The notes beneath the pieces were generated by a model. The model did not search any database, was not told the origin of the DNA, and worked only from the letters and a program-made list of their open reading frames with translations. A stretch of DNA of 64,000 nucleotides from a virus. The DNA lies in the IMG/VR virus record IMGVR_UViG_3300037782_000115, positions 43,113 through 107,112 of that record. One strand, given 5' to 3'. Positions 19,888 to 28,837 of the stretch are shown here, one piece after another (position 1 is the first letter of the stretch; every line of letters starts with the position of its first letter). The position numbers and the translations under genes were made by a program.

Positions 19888-20230
19888 AGCGATAACTCCA
19901 GTCGGTGTAAACAAAACGATCGTGTGGCATCAAAGAAACAAGACCGCTCGGCAGGACCGTCGAAAGCGAGTAGGCCAGCTGATCACTGACACGTCCCGGG
20001 CGAGGCCGGTGCACCTTGGTGATCGCCAGCTTTGTCCCAGCAATCGGCACGAAAGCGGCGCCGGAGTGCCGGGCAATGTCTTCAAGGCGCATTGTGAACT
20101 CGACGGGCCTGCTCATCAGCCCACGGCGAAAGAGCCTGCACAACGAATGATTGATGACTGCGGAATCGCCGACGGAAGCGACGCCGCGGTCCATTGCAGA
20201 CACCAACACCTCGTCTGGCCTAGTCAGCAT
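19880..20230 (-). CDS. Hypothetical protein
   Basis: GAGGAGG RBS. Confidence 0.55.
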   Translation of the reverse strand: MLTRPDEVLVSAMDRGVASVGDSAVINHSLCRLFRRGLMSRPVEFTMRLEDIARHSGAAFVPIAGTKLAITKVHRPRPGRVSDQLAYSLSTVLPSGLVSLMPHDRFVYTDWSYRYV

Positions 20231-20492
20231 TCGACACCTCCTCTGTGTAGCCAACGATGGGCCACGAGAGCCACACAGGAACAAAGCTGCCGGGAGGCAG
20301 GGGGGTCAGAACGCCATCAACATACGGAACACCGCGCAGTGGCCAGACCCCAACCCGTCTCCCTTGGCTCTCGTGTTCTTCGGCCCAGCTTGAAATCTCT
20401 TCAAATGACTTTGACGGCTCGCTAAAGACTGCCGGGCCGACGCCGACGGCGACGCCCGCATAGCCGTGTATAGGAATGCGCGTGGTCGACAT
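20220..20492 (-). CDS. Hypothetical protein
   Basis: AAGGAG RBS. Confidence 0.55.
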   Translation of the reverse strand: MSTTRIPIHGYAGVAVGVGPAVFSEPSKSFEEISSWAEEHESQGRRVGVWPLRGVPYVDGVLTPLPPGSFVPVWLSWPIVGYTEEVSNAD

Positions 20493-20549
20493 AAGGAACT
20501 CCTTTGCTATAAGAAACACTCGCGGCAACTTCCGTCGCCGCGAGTGTGA

Positions 20550-21056
20550 TCAGAACACGGCGACGGCCGCGATGTTCTTGTGTGGCGAGTCGGGATATCT
20601 ACGGGAAAACATCTCGCAAATCGCCTTGGCGTGATCATGCGGCGTAGGACCCGGGTAGCCCCAATCCTGGAAGACAATCGCTTCCTGCCGCGATATCGAA
20701 AAGCGAAGGCAGTTCGCCATATCAACAGCCTCTATGTTTGGTGACAGGTAGAACGAGCTATCGCCGACCGTGCTGACAAGGATGTACCGCACAGCCGGCC
20801 TGGTCGGCACGCCCGGCGCCGCCATCTGCTCACGGATCAACCATGTGTACACAACAGCAACTTGCTGGGATAACGAAAGCGACTCTGGGTTCGGCCCATA
20901 ATGTGCGAACGCATCGGCATAGGCGCTGCCGCACGACGTAACCGATTCTATTGCTCGGTCAAGAAGCCGCTTGTCAATATTGTTGTGAAGCCCGCGCACC
21001 GAGAGATACGCGGACAGATCTGCGATAAATGCCGCACTCAATTGCTGCTTTGGCAT
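20550..21056 (-). CDS. Hypothetical protein
   Basis: GAAAGGG RBS. Confidence 0.55.
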   Translation of the reverse strand: MPKQQLSAAFIADLSAYLSVRGLHNNIDKRLLDRAIESVTSCGSAYADAFAHYGPNPESLSLSQQVAVVYTWLIREQMAAPGVPTRPAVRYILVSTVGDSSFYLSPNIEAVDMANCLRFSISRQEAIVFQDWGYPGPTPHDHAKAICEMFSRRYPDSPHKNIAAVAVF

Positions 21057-21078
21057 GGTTTGCCCTTTCAAACGAGGA

Positions 21079-21110
21079 GGGGGTGCTCGGGACGGCAGCC
21101 GGGCGTAATA
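21079..21110 (+). repeat. Intergenic copy of the GGGGGTGCTCGGGACG-N10-GTAATA motif
   Basis: Exact 16-mer plus GTAATA. Confidence 0.7.
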
Positions 21111-21228
21111 AGCGCTGAAGACGGCGACAGCTCCCGCTCCCGCTCCCGCCCGCCCCGCCACCCGGCGTGCGCCTAACGGCATCCTCTCTAGAGAACGCCG
21201 ACAGTCACACGCCGGGCAGCGGCGGCCT

Positions 21229-21879
21229 TTACTTTCCGATGTGTGTGGCACCCTGTGCGATGACTTGCCATAACGGCACGATCTGCACCTTGTTGCCGGA
21301 GTCGCGGAAGTCCTGGGCGATCTTGCCCGCCTCCGCGAACGACTCGGCAACGTCCCACGTGTGAACCTTGTTGTCACCACCCCAATCGGCCACCATCACA
21401 ACCATCGTGTCGTGCAAGAGCCGGAATTCGCTCGCAGTACCTGCTCCACCGCGGCCAACCCTGATGGCCTCTCTGAGCATCTTTGATAGCTCATAGAGAC
21501 GGCCGCCCGGCTGGCAGTCAGTGTCTTCTGGGTTCTCTCCGTGTGTGTCAACAATATCGGCGATCTCTAGCGACGCGCGATCCAGAGCACGCAGCAAGGT
21601 CGGCATTGCGTTGTGTGCATGCACGATCGACTCGCCGTACTCAAGACTACAAACCGTGGCGATGATTTCGTCAGAACCAGGCTCTGCACCGCCACCCTGA
21701 TTGTTGCGGATACAAAACTCGTTCTTGCCCTTGTCGACCGGATCAAGCCACCACCGCTTCTCACAATCACCGCGTGGCGCTTTGGGCGAATCGGACCCGC
21801 TCTCGGCGTTTGGTTGCAATCCCGAAAGATCGCAGATGGGGCAGCCGCTTCCGTTGCAGTTGTTGCATAACTGGCTCAT
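21229..21879 (-). CDS. Hypothetical protein with an N-terminal CxxCxGxGCxxC motif
   Basis: GAAAGGAG RBS. Confidence 0.6.
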   Translation of the reverse strand: MSQLCNNCNGSGCPICDLSGLQPNAESGSDSPKAPRGDCEKRWWLDPVDKGKNEFCIRNNQGGGAEPGSDEIIATVCSLEYGESIVHAHNAMPTLLRALDRASLEIADIVDTHGENPEDTDCQPGGRLYELSKMLREAIRVGRGGAGTASEFRLLHDTMVVMVADWGGDNKVHTWDVAESFAEAGKIAQDFRDSGNKVQIVPLWQVIAQGATHIGK

Positions 21880-21890
21880 GGCGACTCCTT

Positions 21891-22148
21891 TCAGAATGTG
21901 CGGACATATCCGCTGCGGATGGCTTGCCACTCGAGGTCTTCGAGCGCACAAACATGGTCGGGGTGAACGTCGCTGTCACCACAATCGAGCTCGTCGATCT
22001 CGGCGTCGATCGCGTGCAGCTCGCTGCTGATCTCGGCGGAAAACCGCTCCGCCTCGCCGATCTCGAAATCAGTGGGCATGCGCTCAACCAGCGGCTCGTC
22101 GAAGACAGAGGCATCGGTCCTGTTCAAACCAGTCATATTGCCGGACAT
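21891..22148 (-). CDS. Small acidic hypothetical protein
   Basis: AGGAG RBS. Confidence 0.55.
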   Translation of the reverse strand: MSGNMTGLNRTDASVFDEPLVERMPTDFEIGEAERFSAEISSELHAIDAEIDELDCGDSDVHPDHVCALEDLEWQAIRSGYVRTF

Positions 22149-22287
22149 AATGAGACTCCTGGGGCCGTGCCCCGGTTTGGTGTTCAGAACACACCGAGAT
22201 CGGCTTTCACCGATCTGGTGTTGACGGCAACACGGCAGCTGGTGCGCCGCGCGGTCCGTCTGGGGGGTTCCCCTACCTATAGCCCCG

Positions 22288-22380
22288 GGCTCCGGGCTCC
22301 AAGGCTCCGGGCTCCAAGGCTCCGGGCCCCAAGGCTCCGGGCCCCAAGGCCCCGGGCTCCAAGGCCCCGGGCTCCAAGGC
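22288..22380. repeat. Tandem repeat, 6 x 15 bp GGCYCCGGGCYCCAA
   Basis: Units start at 22288, 22303, 22318, 22333, 22348 and 22363; intergenic. Confidence 0.95.
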
Positions 22381-22385
22381 CGCAT

Positions 22386-23441
22386 TCAAACTGCGGTTGC
22401 CGATGCAGGCACGTCGTCGGGGTGCAGCACGTCCACATCGCCGTCCTCGCACCGGACCCGCACGCCGCCGACGATCTTCTCGACCTTGCCTGTCTTGAGG
22501 CGATACACCATCGCGGCACACTCGAGCCTGCCGTCGATCCAGACTCGCCGGCCATCATCGAGCCGGATCGGTTCGCCGTCGCGAGCGTCGATCAGGTCGT
22601 CCGGCGGGAGATCGTTGCGGCGCCTGGCCTCGCGGATCTCCGGCGAATCGATCTGGAACTCAGCACCCTTGCAAGCCGCCCGGAAGGCCTTGACGTCGAT
22701 GCCGCAGAGACGAAGCGCCTCTTCGACCGCCGACGGCACCGATCGTTGGTACGCCCGGGGATTCGCCTTGCGCACGGCCTTATTGTGATCCGCCTGGTAG
22801 CGGCGTGTGCGTTGCTCGGTGGTGAATCGCTTGCCCTGGCCCGGCGTGAGCGATGACGGGTCTCGCTTGTTGGCGATTCGCTTGCCCAGGGGCTGTTCGC
22901 GGCGGATGTCGGACATGACCTTGATGGCCCGTGCCTCGGTCTCTGCCGACTCGTCGACCTCTCGCTCGACCTGGCCGAGGTGGCCGCGGGTGTGCGCAGC
23001 CGGGGGCCTGATCTTGAAGTCGGACCCGCCGAATTGCTGGGCAAACTCGCCCCGGATTCGGCTGCCACCCCGGGCGACCGAGCCGCCTAGGTGGGTGTCT
23101 GCGGGGTCGTGCTCGGCCTGTCCGGGCTGGAGCCCGGTGCCACCGCAGCGCCCACAGACGCATGCGCCAGCCCGATCGGTCGATCCAGTGCCGCCGCAGG
23201 CGAGACACCGGAATCGGGCATCGTCGGCGGAGATCAGCGCCTTGCGTTGCGCACGGCGACCCATCTTGCGGGCCGGACCGTTGGCAGCGCGTGGGAATCG
23301 TTCACGGATCACGGTGTCGATGGCGAGCCGGATCTTCTTGGAAGACTCGTCGCCGAGCGCCTCCATGGCGGAGTAGGTGTCTCGGATGGCACGGAGCTCG
23401 GTTCGCGACTCGTTGCCGGTGAGGATTCGTTGGATATCCAC
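22386..23441 (-). CDS. Hypothetical protein with DnaJ-type CxxCxGxG zinc-finger repeats
   Basis: CLACGGTG...CGRCGGTG. Confidence 0.6.
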   Translation of the reverse strand: MDIQRILTGNESRTELRAIRDTYSAMEALGDESSKKIRLAIDTVIRERFPRAANGPARKMGRRAQRKALISADDARFRCLACGGTGSTDRAGACVCGRCGGTGLQPGQAEHDPADTHLGGSVARGGSRIRGEFAQQFGGSDFKIRPPAAHTRGHLGQVEREVDESAETEARAIKVMSDIRREQPLGKRIANKRDPSSLTPGQGKRFTTEQRTRRYQADHNKAVRKANPRAYQRSVPSAVEEALRLCGIDVKAFRAACKGAEFQIDSPEIREARRRNDLPPDDLIDARDGEPIRLDDGRRVWIDGRLECAAMVYRLKTGKVEKIVGGVRVRCEDGDVDVLHPDDVPASATAV

Positions 23442-23444
23442 GGC

Positions 23445-23732
23445 TCAGGCCTCCGGCGAAAGGGTGAAGGAGACCTGACGGATGCCGTTCTGGCCCGTGT
23501 GCATCATGAGAGCCAGCTCGAGGTCGTATCTGGCTTCCATGTCGTTCTGGTACGCGTTGCGCAGCGCGGTCACGCATTGGGACCGATCGCCAACCCGGAT
23601 GACCCGGACGGGCTCGCCGGCGTCCTTGGTGGTCAGAACTGCGGCGTACTGCCCGTCCTTGAGGAACCGCCGGTGGTCATCGGTCGTGATGATCGGCAGA
23701 TCTGCTCGTTTCTGTTCCATAGCGGCGTTCAT
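23445..23732 (-). CDS. Hypothetical protein
   Basis: GGAG RBS. Confidence 0.55.
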   Translation of the reverse strand: MNAAMEQKRADLPIITTDDHRRFLKDGQYAAVLTTKDAGEPVRVIRVGDRSQCVTALRNAYQNDMEARYDLELALMMHTGQNGIRQVSFTLSPEA

Positions 23733-23856
23733 CGGTCAATCTCCAATCGCTTGGCCATCATCGTCGTGCTCGCGACACGCGGCATCGGACGTCGGGTGCT
23801 TGGCCGTTGCAGCCCGAGAAAGCCCCCGCGGCGGTGTCCCGCGGCGGGGGTGGGGT

Positions 23857-24312
23857 TCATGCCGGCCTCTGGGCCAGGTAATCGATCGCGGCCTCTTCGA
23901 TGGCGTCCCAGATGCTGTTCATCAGGTTGTCGGCACGACGCTTGACGATGTTGCCGACAAGACGACACTCGTCGTCTGTGAAATCCCGGAAACGACGCAC
24001 GCCGTGCTCGTTCTCGACGCCGCGAATATCGCCCGGCGTGAAGACAAAGGCCACGGGGAAGTGCGAGACCGGCATATCGCTGAGCGATGGGGCGGTGTGC
24101 TCGGCGGCTTTGGGCTCTGGAAACTCTTCCTCGCCGTATCGCTCGAAGAGAGTCAGCTGATCGGCGTCGGTCGGCTCGTCTTCGACCGTTGTGCAGACGA
24201 AATGGCCCTCGCCCGAGCCGTTGTACGCCTCTCGGAGTATCTTGCCGACGTCCTCAACCTCGGTGTCTACCCGATCGTCTGGGACGGCGATTCTTGCGGT
24301 GATGATCTTCAT
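23857..24312 (-). CDS. Hypothetical protein
   Basis: AAGGA RBS. Confidence 0.6.
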   Translation of the reverse strand: MKIITARIAVPDDRVDTEVEDVGKILREAYNGSGEGHFVCTTVEDEPTDADQLTLFERYGEEEFPEPKAAEHTAPSLSDMPVSHFPVAFVFTPGDIRGVENEHGVRRFRDFTDDECRLVGNIVKRRADNLMNSIWDAIEEAAIDYLAQRPA

Positions 24313-24338
24313 GGCATAAGTCCTTGTGTGGCAATGGT

Positions 24339-24686
24339 TTAGTTTCGACGAACGCGATCCTTTGGGCTTCCGCCATCCTCGTGGACGCCCGGTGCCGGCG
24401 GGCTATCCATCGGCGACGGGTTCTCGGGGCGCGGCGAGATCCGAACGGTGTGCTCACCCTTGACGAAGTGGCCGATCTTGATGATGTCGTCGTTGGCGTC
24501 GGCGAGGGCCTGGACCAGTTTGCGGAGGCCCGGCAGTTCAGACCGCTTGGTGGCCATCAGGATCTTGGGATGGCCATCCTCGCCGCAGACCGCAATCGGC
24601 GCCATGATCGACGGCGAGCTTGGGATGCCGATCTCGTTGAAGGCCATCCAGATTTCGGACGGCATTTTGGGTTGCAGCTCGCTCAT
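24339..24686 (-). CDS. Hypothetical protein
   Basis: ATGA overlap with the upstream gene. Confidence 0.55.
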   Translation of the reverse strand: MSELQPKMPSEIWMAFNEIGIPSSPSIMAPIAVCGEDGHPKILMATKRSELPGLRKLVQALADANDDIIKIGHFVKGEHTVRISPRPENPSPMDSPPAPGVHEDGGSPKDRVRRN

Positions 24687-25030
24687 GCCGCACCGCCGAT
24701 CGCCTGGGGCGCCTGGGAAACCCCGCAGCCGGCGCAGTCGTTGCAGGCCCCGCACCCGATCGGCTCATCGGTCGCGGCGACCTGCTCGAGCATGGCCGTT
24801 CCTCGGTTGACGAGGATGGCGTGTCGCGCCAGCGGGAGTCTTTGGCGCGATTCTTTGACCATGAGGCGGCACTCGTGGCGTGATCCCACGCCCAGGACGA
24901 TCAGTGGCGTGCCACCATCGGAGGTGACGACCGCCACGTGCTGCCCGGGCTCGATCGGTCGCATCGTGCGCAGATCGTCGCGGATGAACACGGTGCCGTC
25001 GTCGTCGATTCGGTTTGGTTCAACCTGCAT
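24683..25030 (-). CDS. Hypothetical protein
   Basis: Operon overlap; C-terminal CxxCxxCxxC. Confidence 0.55.
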   Translation of the reverse strand: MQVEPNRIDDDGTVFIRDDLRTMRPIEPGQHVAVVTSDGGTPLIVLGVGSRHECRLMVKESRQRLPLARHAILVNRGTAMLEQVAATDEPIGCGACNDCAGCGVSQAPQAIGGAA

Positions 25031-25352
25031 TGGCCACCCCCTTGACGCCGGCGCCGGCCTGTGCGCGGACCTTCTTGGCGTAGGGCAGGCCGTTGATCTC
25101 GTCAGCGAAGAACGTGTCCCAGCGGCGTCCCTGGACATACTGGAACGTCGAAACTGACTGTGTTTTGGCGACAACGACGTCGCGACCGCGGCTGATCGCG
25201 TCCTCGATCTGCGTCTTGAGCCACTTGGCGGCATCGTGCTGGGCGTTCTCGTTGTCGAAGGACTGGACCCGGACCTCAATATCCGCCGGGTGCTCGCCGT
25301 TGCTTCGCACGGTGGCGACGAACGGCTTGTGGATTGTGAACCGACCTGACAT
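25020..25352 (-). CDS. Hypothetical protein
   Basis: GAAGGAG RBS. Confidence 0.6.
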   Translation of the reverse strand: MSGRFTIHKPFVATVRSNGEHPADIEVRVQSFDNENAQHDAAKWLKTQIEDAISRGRDVVVAKTQSVSTFQYVQGRRWDTFFADEINGLPYAKKVRAQAGAGVKGVANAG

Positions 25353-25380
25353 GGCGAAACTCCTTCCAGTTGGTGTGAAC

Positions 25381-25454
25381 GGCGGATGTTCCACGTGGAA
25401 CACTCGCAAATCGCCGCTCGAGCCCTTTCGGGCGCGATCGGCGTGATCGGGTCA
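25381..25454. repeat. parS: About 75-bp direct repeat, copy 1, containing the parS-type palindrome TGTTCCACGTGGAACA (25387-25402)
   Basis: Perfect 16-bp palindrome matching the consensus TGTTNCACGTGNAACA; near-identical copy at 25925. Confidence 0.8.
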
Positions 25455-25898
25455 GTCGCCGTCCGCATCCCGGACGAAATCGAGTCGCCGCGCCGCAAAC
25501 GCGCGCCTGGCGATTGCCTCGAGATCAGCCATCCTGGCGTCCACGACGGCGACACCCATAACGACAATGCCGTGTTCCTCCGCCTCAGACTCGGCGTAGT
25601 TGCTCAAAATGTCATTGTTGATGCCGACGAAGACGCTCTGTACGTCATCGTCGCACTCGACCACGAACGCCAGTTCAACCAAACCCGCCGGATTGGCGGC
25701 ACATTTGGGCATGGGACCAAGACGCCACCCGTCCTTTATCACCCATTGCAGAAAAGAACACTCGACCGGACAGAGCGGCATGTACTTGACCTCCCTGTCG
25801 GCTTCGTACGTGTTGAGCGCGGCCTCCCAAAGCGAATCAATGGCTTCCGGGACGCTGTATCCCTCTTTGACGGCGAATATGGCGAGCACGGTGTTCAC
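25452..25898 (-). CDS. Hypothetical protein
   Basis: AAGGAG RBS; flanked by the parS-containing repeats. Confidence 0.6.
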   Translation of the reverse strand: MNTVLAIFAVKEGYSVPEAIDSLWEAALNTYEADREVKYMPLCPVECSFLQWVIKDGWRLGPMPKCAANPAGLVELAFVVECDDDVQSVFVGINNDILSNYAESEAEEHGIVVMGVAVVDARMADLEAIARRAFAARRLDFVRDADGD

Positions 25899-25924
25899 GG
25901 CGAATCTCCTTGATCTGGGAACAC

Positions 25925-26010
25925 GGCGAATGTTCCACGTGGAACACTCGCAAAACGCCGCTCGAGCCCTTTCGGGCGCGATCGGCGCGATCGGCGTGAT
26001 CGTCGGGTCA
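25925..26010. repeat. parS: Direct repeat, copy 2, containing the parS-type palindrome (25931-25946)
   Basis: TGTTCCACGTGGAACA followed by the same GCCC-TTTC-GGGC hairpin. Confidence 0.8.
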
Positions 26011-26289
26011 CATCACGGCACTTGCGTCGTTAGACCACTCGATGGCGACCTGGGCCATGAACCTCTCCATGGCTTGGCCGTAGTTGCACAGCCGATAGAC
26101 CGCGAACTTCCACCATCCCTTATCCGGCGGGCAGACGGAGTAAACGGCGTATTCGGGACGGCCTTGGCGGTCGAGCCCGACCCCCAGGGCGAGGCCGGTG
26201 CCCGGATTCAGCGGATCGGCACATACGACGATCGTGCCGGCGGGCGCCTCTGGCAGGAAGCTGGTGTCGGACACGGCTGTGGTACTCAC
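26008..26289 (-). CDS. Hypothetical protein
   Basis: GAAGGAG RBS; GTG start. Confidence 0.55.
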   Translation of the reverse strand: MSTTAVSDTSFLPEAPAGTIVVCADPLNPGTGLALGVGLDRQGRPEYAVYSVCPPDKGWWKFAVYRLCNYGQAMERFMAQVAIEWSNDASAVM

Positions 26290-26366
26290 GGCAAGGCTCC
26301 TTCAATCTGCAAGGTGGCGAATTGGGTCAGCACACGCCGACCCGCCAGGTTGATGAAAAACGACAA

Positions 26367-26399
26367 GGGGGTGCTCGGGACGCTGCTCAGCCGGTAATA
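26367..26399 (+). repeat. Copy of the GGGGGTGCTCGGGACG-N11-GTAATA motif
   Basis: Exact 16-mer plus GTAATA. Confidence 0.7.
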
Positions 26400-26699
26400 C
26401 ATGGCGGTGGAGCAACGGGGGGTCCGCGGGGGCTCGGCGGGGGTGGGCTGGTTTGCCGTCCCACCTGGGTCATCGCCTCTGATCGGGGTCTGATCTCCCG
26501 ATCGGGGTCCATACGTGGCCCAAACAGGCCCGAATGCCGCGCGGCTAGCCAGGTACCAAACAGCGACCGAGCCGATTGATTCGGTTCGCGTGATGACCAT
26601 CCGACCAATGGGCGCGGTTGAGCCTTTGCCGTCGGTCAGTGTTTGGCGCAAGCTGGGCGCAGCTGGGCCCGTCCGCCCTGTCCGCCTAGGGCAGTCTCT

Positions 26700-27030
26700 G
26701 ACGGGCCCCCAAGGCCCCGGGCGAGTCTGAGCCCGACCGAGCAGGCCCGGGCCCCGCAGAGGCCCACACAGAGGCCCGCAGAGGCCCAGCTCGGATCTAG
26801 ACCGAGCCCGGGCCCCGCAGAGGCCCGCAGAGGCCCCGGGCGAGTCTGAGCCCGACCGAGCGCCTGCCCGACCGACCGGGCGGGACAAAGCCTTCCCGCC
26901 CGATCGACCGAGCGCCAGACTGAGCGCCGGGCCCGCGACCGAACGACCGAGCGCCGAACCGAGCGCGCATTCTGGGCAGAGATCGACCGAGCGCCCGAAT
27001 CCGAGCGCCGATCGATCAGCGCCGAACACG
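26700..27030. repeat. Complex short-repeat region
   Basis: 31-bp direct repeat AGGCCCCGGGCGAGTCTGAGCCCGACCGAGC (26712, 26831); multiple GCAGAGGCCC and GACCGAGCGC units; T-poor plus strand. Confidence 0.85.
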
Positions 27031-27173
27031 ACCGATTTGGCGAAGTGGTCAGCCCCAAAAACAAACAAGGCCCCGAATCGGGGCAAGTTGGGCGAATTGT
27101 GGCAGGTTGGTCGGGGGACCATAAACCCGCGCCCGATCTTTCGACCGAGCGCGGGCGGGAGAGTTTGCGGGGG

Positions 27174-28007
27174 TTACTTGCTGGTGGCCTTAGCCTGCGC
27201 CTTGGACGATTCGCCCTTGGGTGTCGGTTCGACGATCCCAGCCTGAAGCGCCCGCAGCACGTCCGCGATACCCGACACGACGGGTGCGGGGGTATCCTTG
27301 GGCAGGCTTGCCCCGGTGAAGACTTCCACCAGCTCGGACACGTCGCCATCGTGTTCGACGAACTGACGCGCCATGGTCAGCGCTGGAGCAGCGCCCGTTC
27401 CGAGCGCGTCAACAAACAGGGTGGCCCGGGCCTGATAGCCCGCAGCACTGGGCCCGCGCTTCACAGTCTCAAGCGCCGATTTCAGGGTGGGCGGGACAGA
27501 CGCTTGGGCCTTGGCGATTCTCTCAGCCTCAGCCTTGGCGCGGTCCGCCTCAGCCTTGACCAAATCGCACCCGCCAACCCGGGCGGAATCCAGCAAGGCA
27601 ACCAGCAAGGGGACGAGATTCGCACGGGCCTTGCCGACGTCGGTAATGCCCAGCTCCGACAAGGGGACGGACACCCCAACACTATCGCCGTCGATCAGCG
27701 AATCCGGCGCACGTTCTGCGGTGGGCAGAGGGGGGGCCTTGCCTTCGCCCTTCTCGCTTGCTGACAGGGCGCGGGCAAGCCTCAGAGCAGGGGCCTTGTC
27801 ATCACCCCCGACACCAACACCCACACCACCACTCGGTCGGTTGCGCCGCCACTCCCCGCAGTGACTGACGAAGCGCGGGGCCCGCACCACGAAAGACAGG
27901 GCGTCAGCATCGGGTAGCGTGAACCCGGTAGCGCCAAGGCCTTGCGGGGCCTTCTCCTGATCGGTGTTCTTGGTGTTGGTGGTATCGGTGTTCTTTGCGT
28001 CTTTCAT
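27174..28007 (-). CDS. Hypothetical Ala-rich protein, first gene of the leftward arm
   Basis: GGAG RBS; 277 aa. Confidence 0.6.
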   Translation of the reverse strand: MKDAKNTDTTNTKNTDQEKAPQGLGATGFTLPDADALSFVVRAPRFVSHCGEWRRNRPSGGVGVGVGGDDKAPALRLARALSASEKGEGKAPPLPTAERAPDSLIDGDSVGVSVPLSELGITDVGKARANLVPLLVALLDSARVGGCDLVKAEADRAKAEAERIAKAQASVPPTLKSALETVKRGPSAAGYQARATLFVDALGTGAAPALTMARQFVEHDGDVSELVEVFTGASLPKDTPAPVVSGIADVLRALQAGIVEPTPKGESSKAQAKATSK

Positions 28008-28521
28008 GGTTGAGACTCCAATAGGCCCCGGGGTGAATCGGTGGGAGTGGGGCCCATACTCCCGGTCTGCGGGACGTCCCACAAACGTAGGCCCAGCCTA
28101 CACCGGATCATCGGGCCCCGCTACCCTCTATCTCCATCATCCGAAAAAAAAATTTCAGCCCACCCCTATTTGGGCAAGCCCGGAATGCAAAGTGGCAGAG
28201 GCTAGCGCTAAACCGGGATCAGCAAGAATCACGCGGCAAGGCCCACTAGACCCGACACCCGGAAGGAACGACCATAACCCGGCGCTATCAATCGCATAGG
28301 CTCGGCTTATGGTCCCGATCAGCCTGCCCGATTCGCCACTCGCCCACCAACCGACCCGTCGGCGCGACCAACCGACCGGTCGACCGCGCGACCGAGCCCC
28401 GGGCCCCAAGCTCAGACCCCGGACCGTACGCCCAGAGGCCTTGGATCGGGCCTCGGACCGGACGGCTAGACCGATCGGCAAAGGGGACACTGGCAAGGTT
28501 GGGGTAGGGTGCCGTTAGCCT

Positions 28522-28560
28522 AACGCCACCCGACAAGACACTCTCCGAACGCCACCCGAC
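28522..28560 (+). repeat. 13-bp direct repeat AACGCCACCCGAC x2 (period 26)
   Basis: Copies at 28522-28534 and 28548-28560, at the strand-composition switch. Confidence 0.8.
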
Positions 28561-28708
28561 CAGGTACTGGCACTCAGCGGCTTACCCAATTTGTGGCGGT
28601 ATTTTCCAGCCCCTGTTTCGTTGTTTTTTTGGCTGGCGTTGTTCTTGGGGGTGTGGTCGTGTCGTGTTATTTTTGTGCGGGTATTTTTCTCGGGGAGTCG
28701 ATCGGGGT

Positions 28709-28738
28709 TTGACATGGATCTCAGTTGTCGTCTACGGT
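28709..28738 (+). promoter_or_regulatory. Sigma70-like promoter
   Basis: TTGACA-N18-TACGGT upstream of 28838. Confidence 0.55.
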
Positions 28739-28837
28739 GAAGTGGGGCCTGGTTTGTTGTGAGATCCCGCGGATCAGATGGGTTGGCGTAGTACCTGGGT
28801 CGGCGATTTTTTGGCGCGTTTTTTGGAGGCAGGAGAT

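Noticed and set aside
22288-22380. CRISPR array
   Set aside because: The units are contiguous 15-mers with no unique spacers, and there are no cas genes in the window
25381-26010. Mini-CRISPR array or IS ends
   Set aside because: Only two long direct copies flanking an ordinary gene; no transposase and no terminal inverted repeats
26286-27122. 278-aa minus-strand ORF across the repeat region
   Set aside because: The translation is low-complexity and dictated by the DNA repeats; only its last ~100 codons might be a real gene, and this is unsupported
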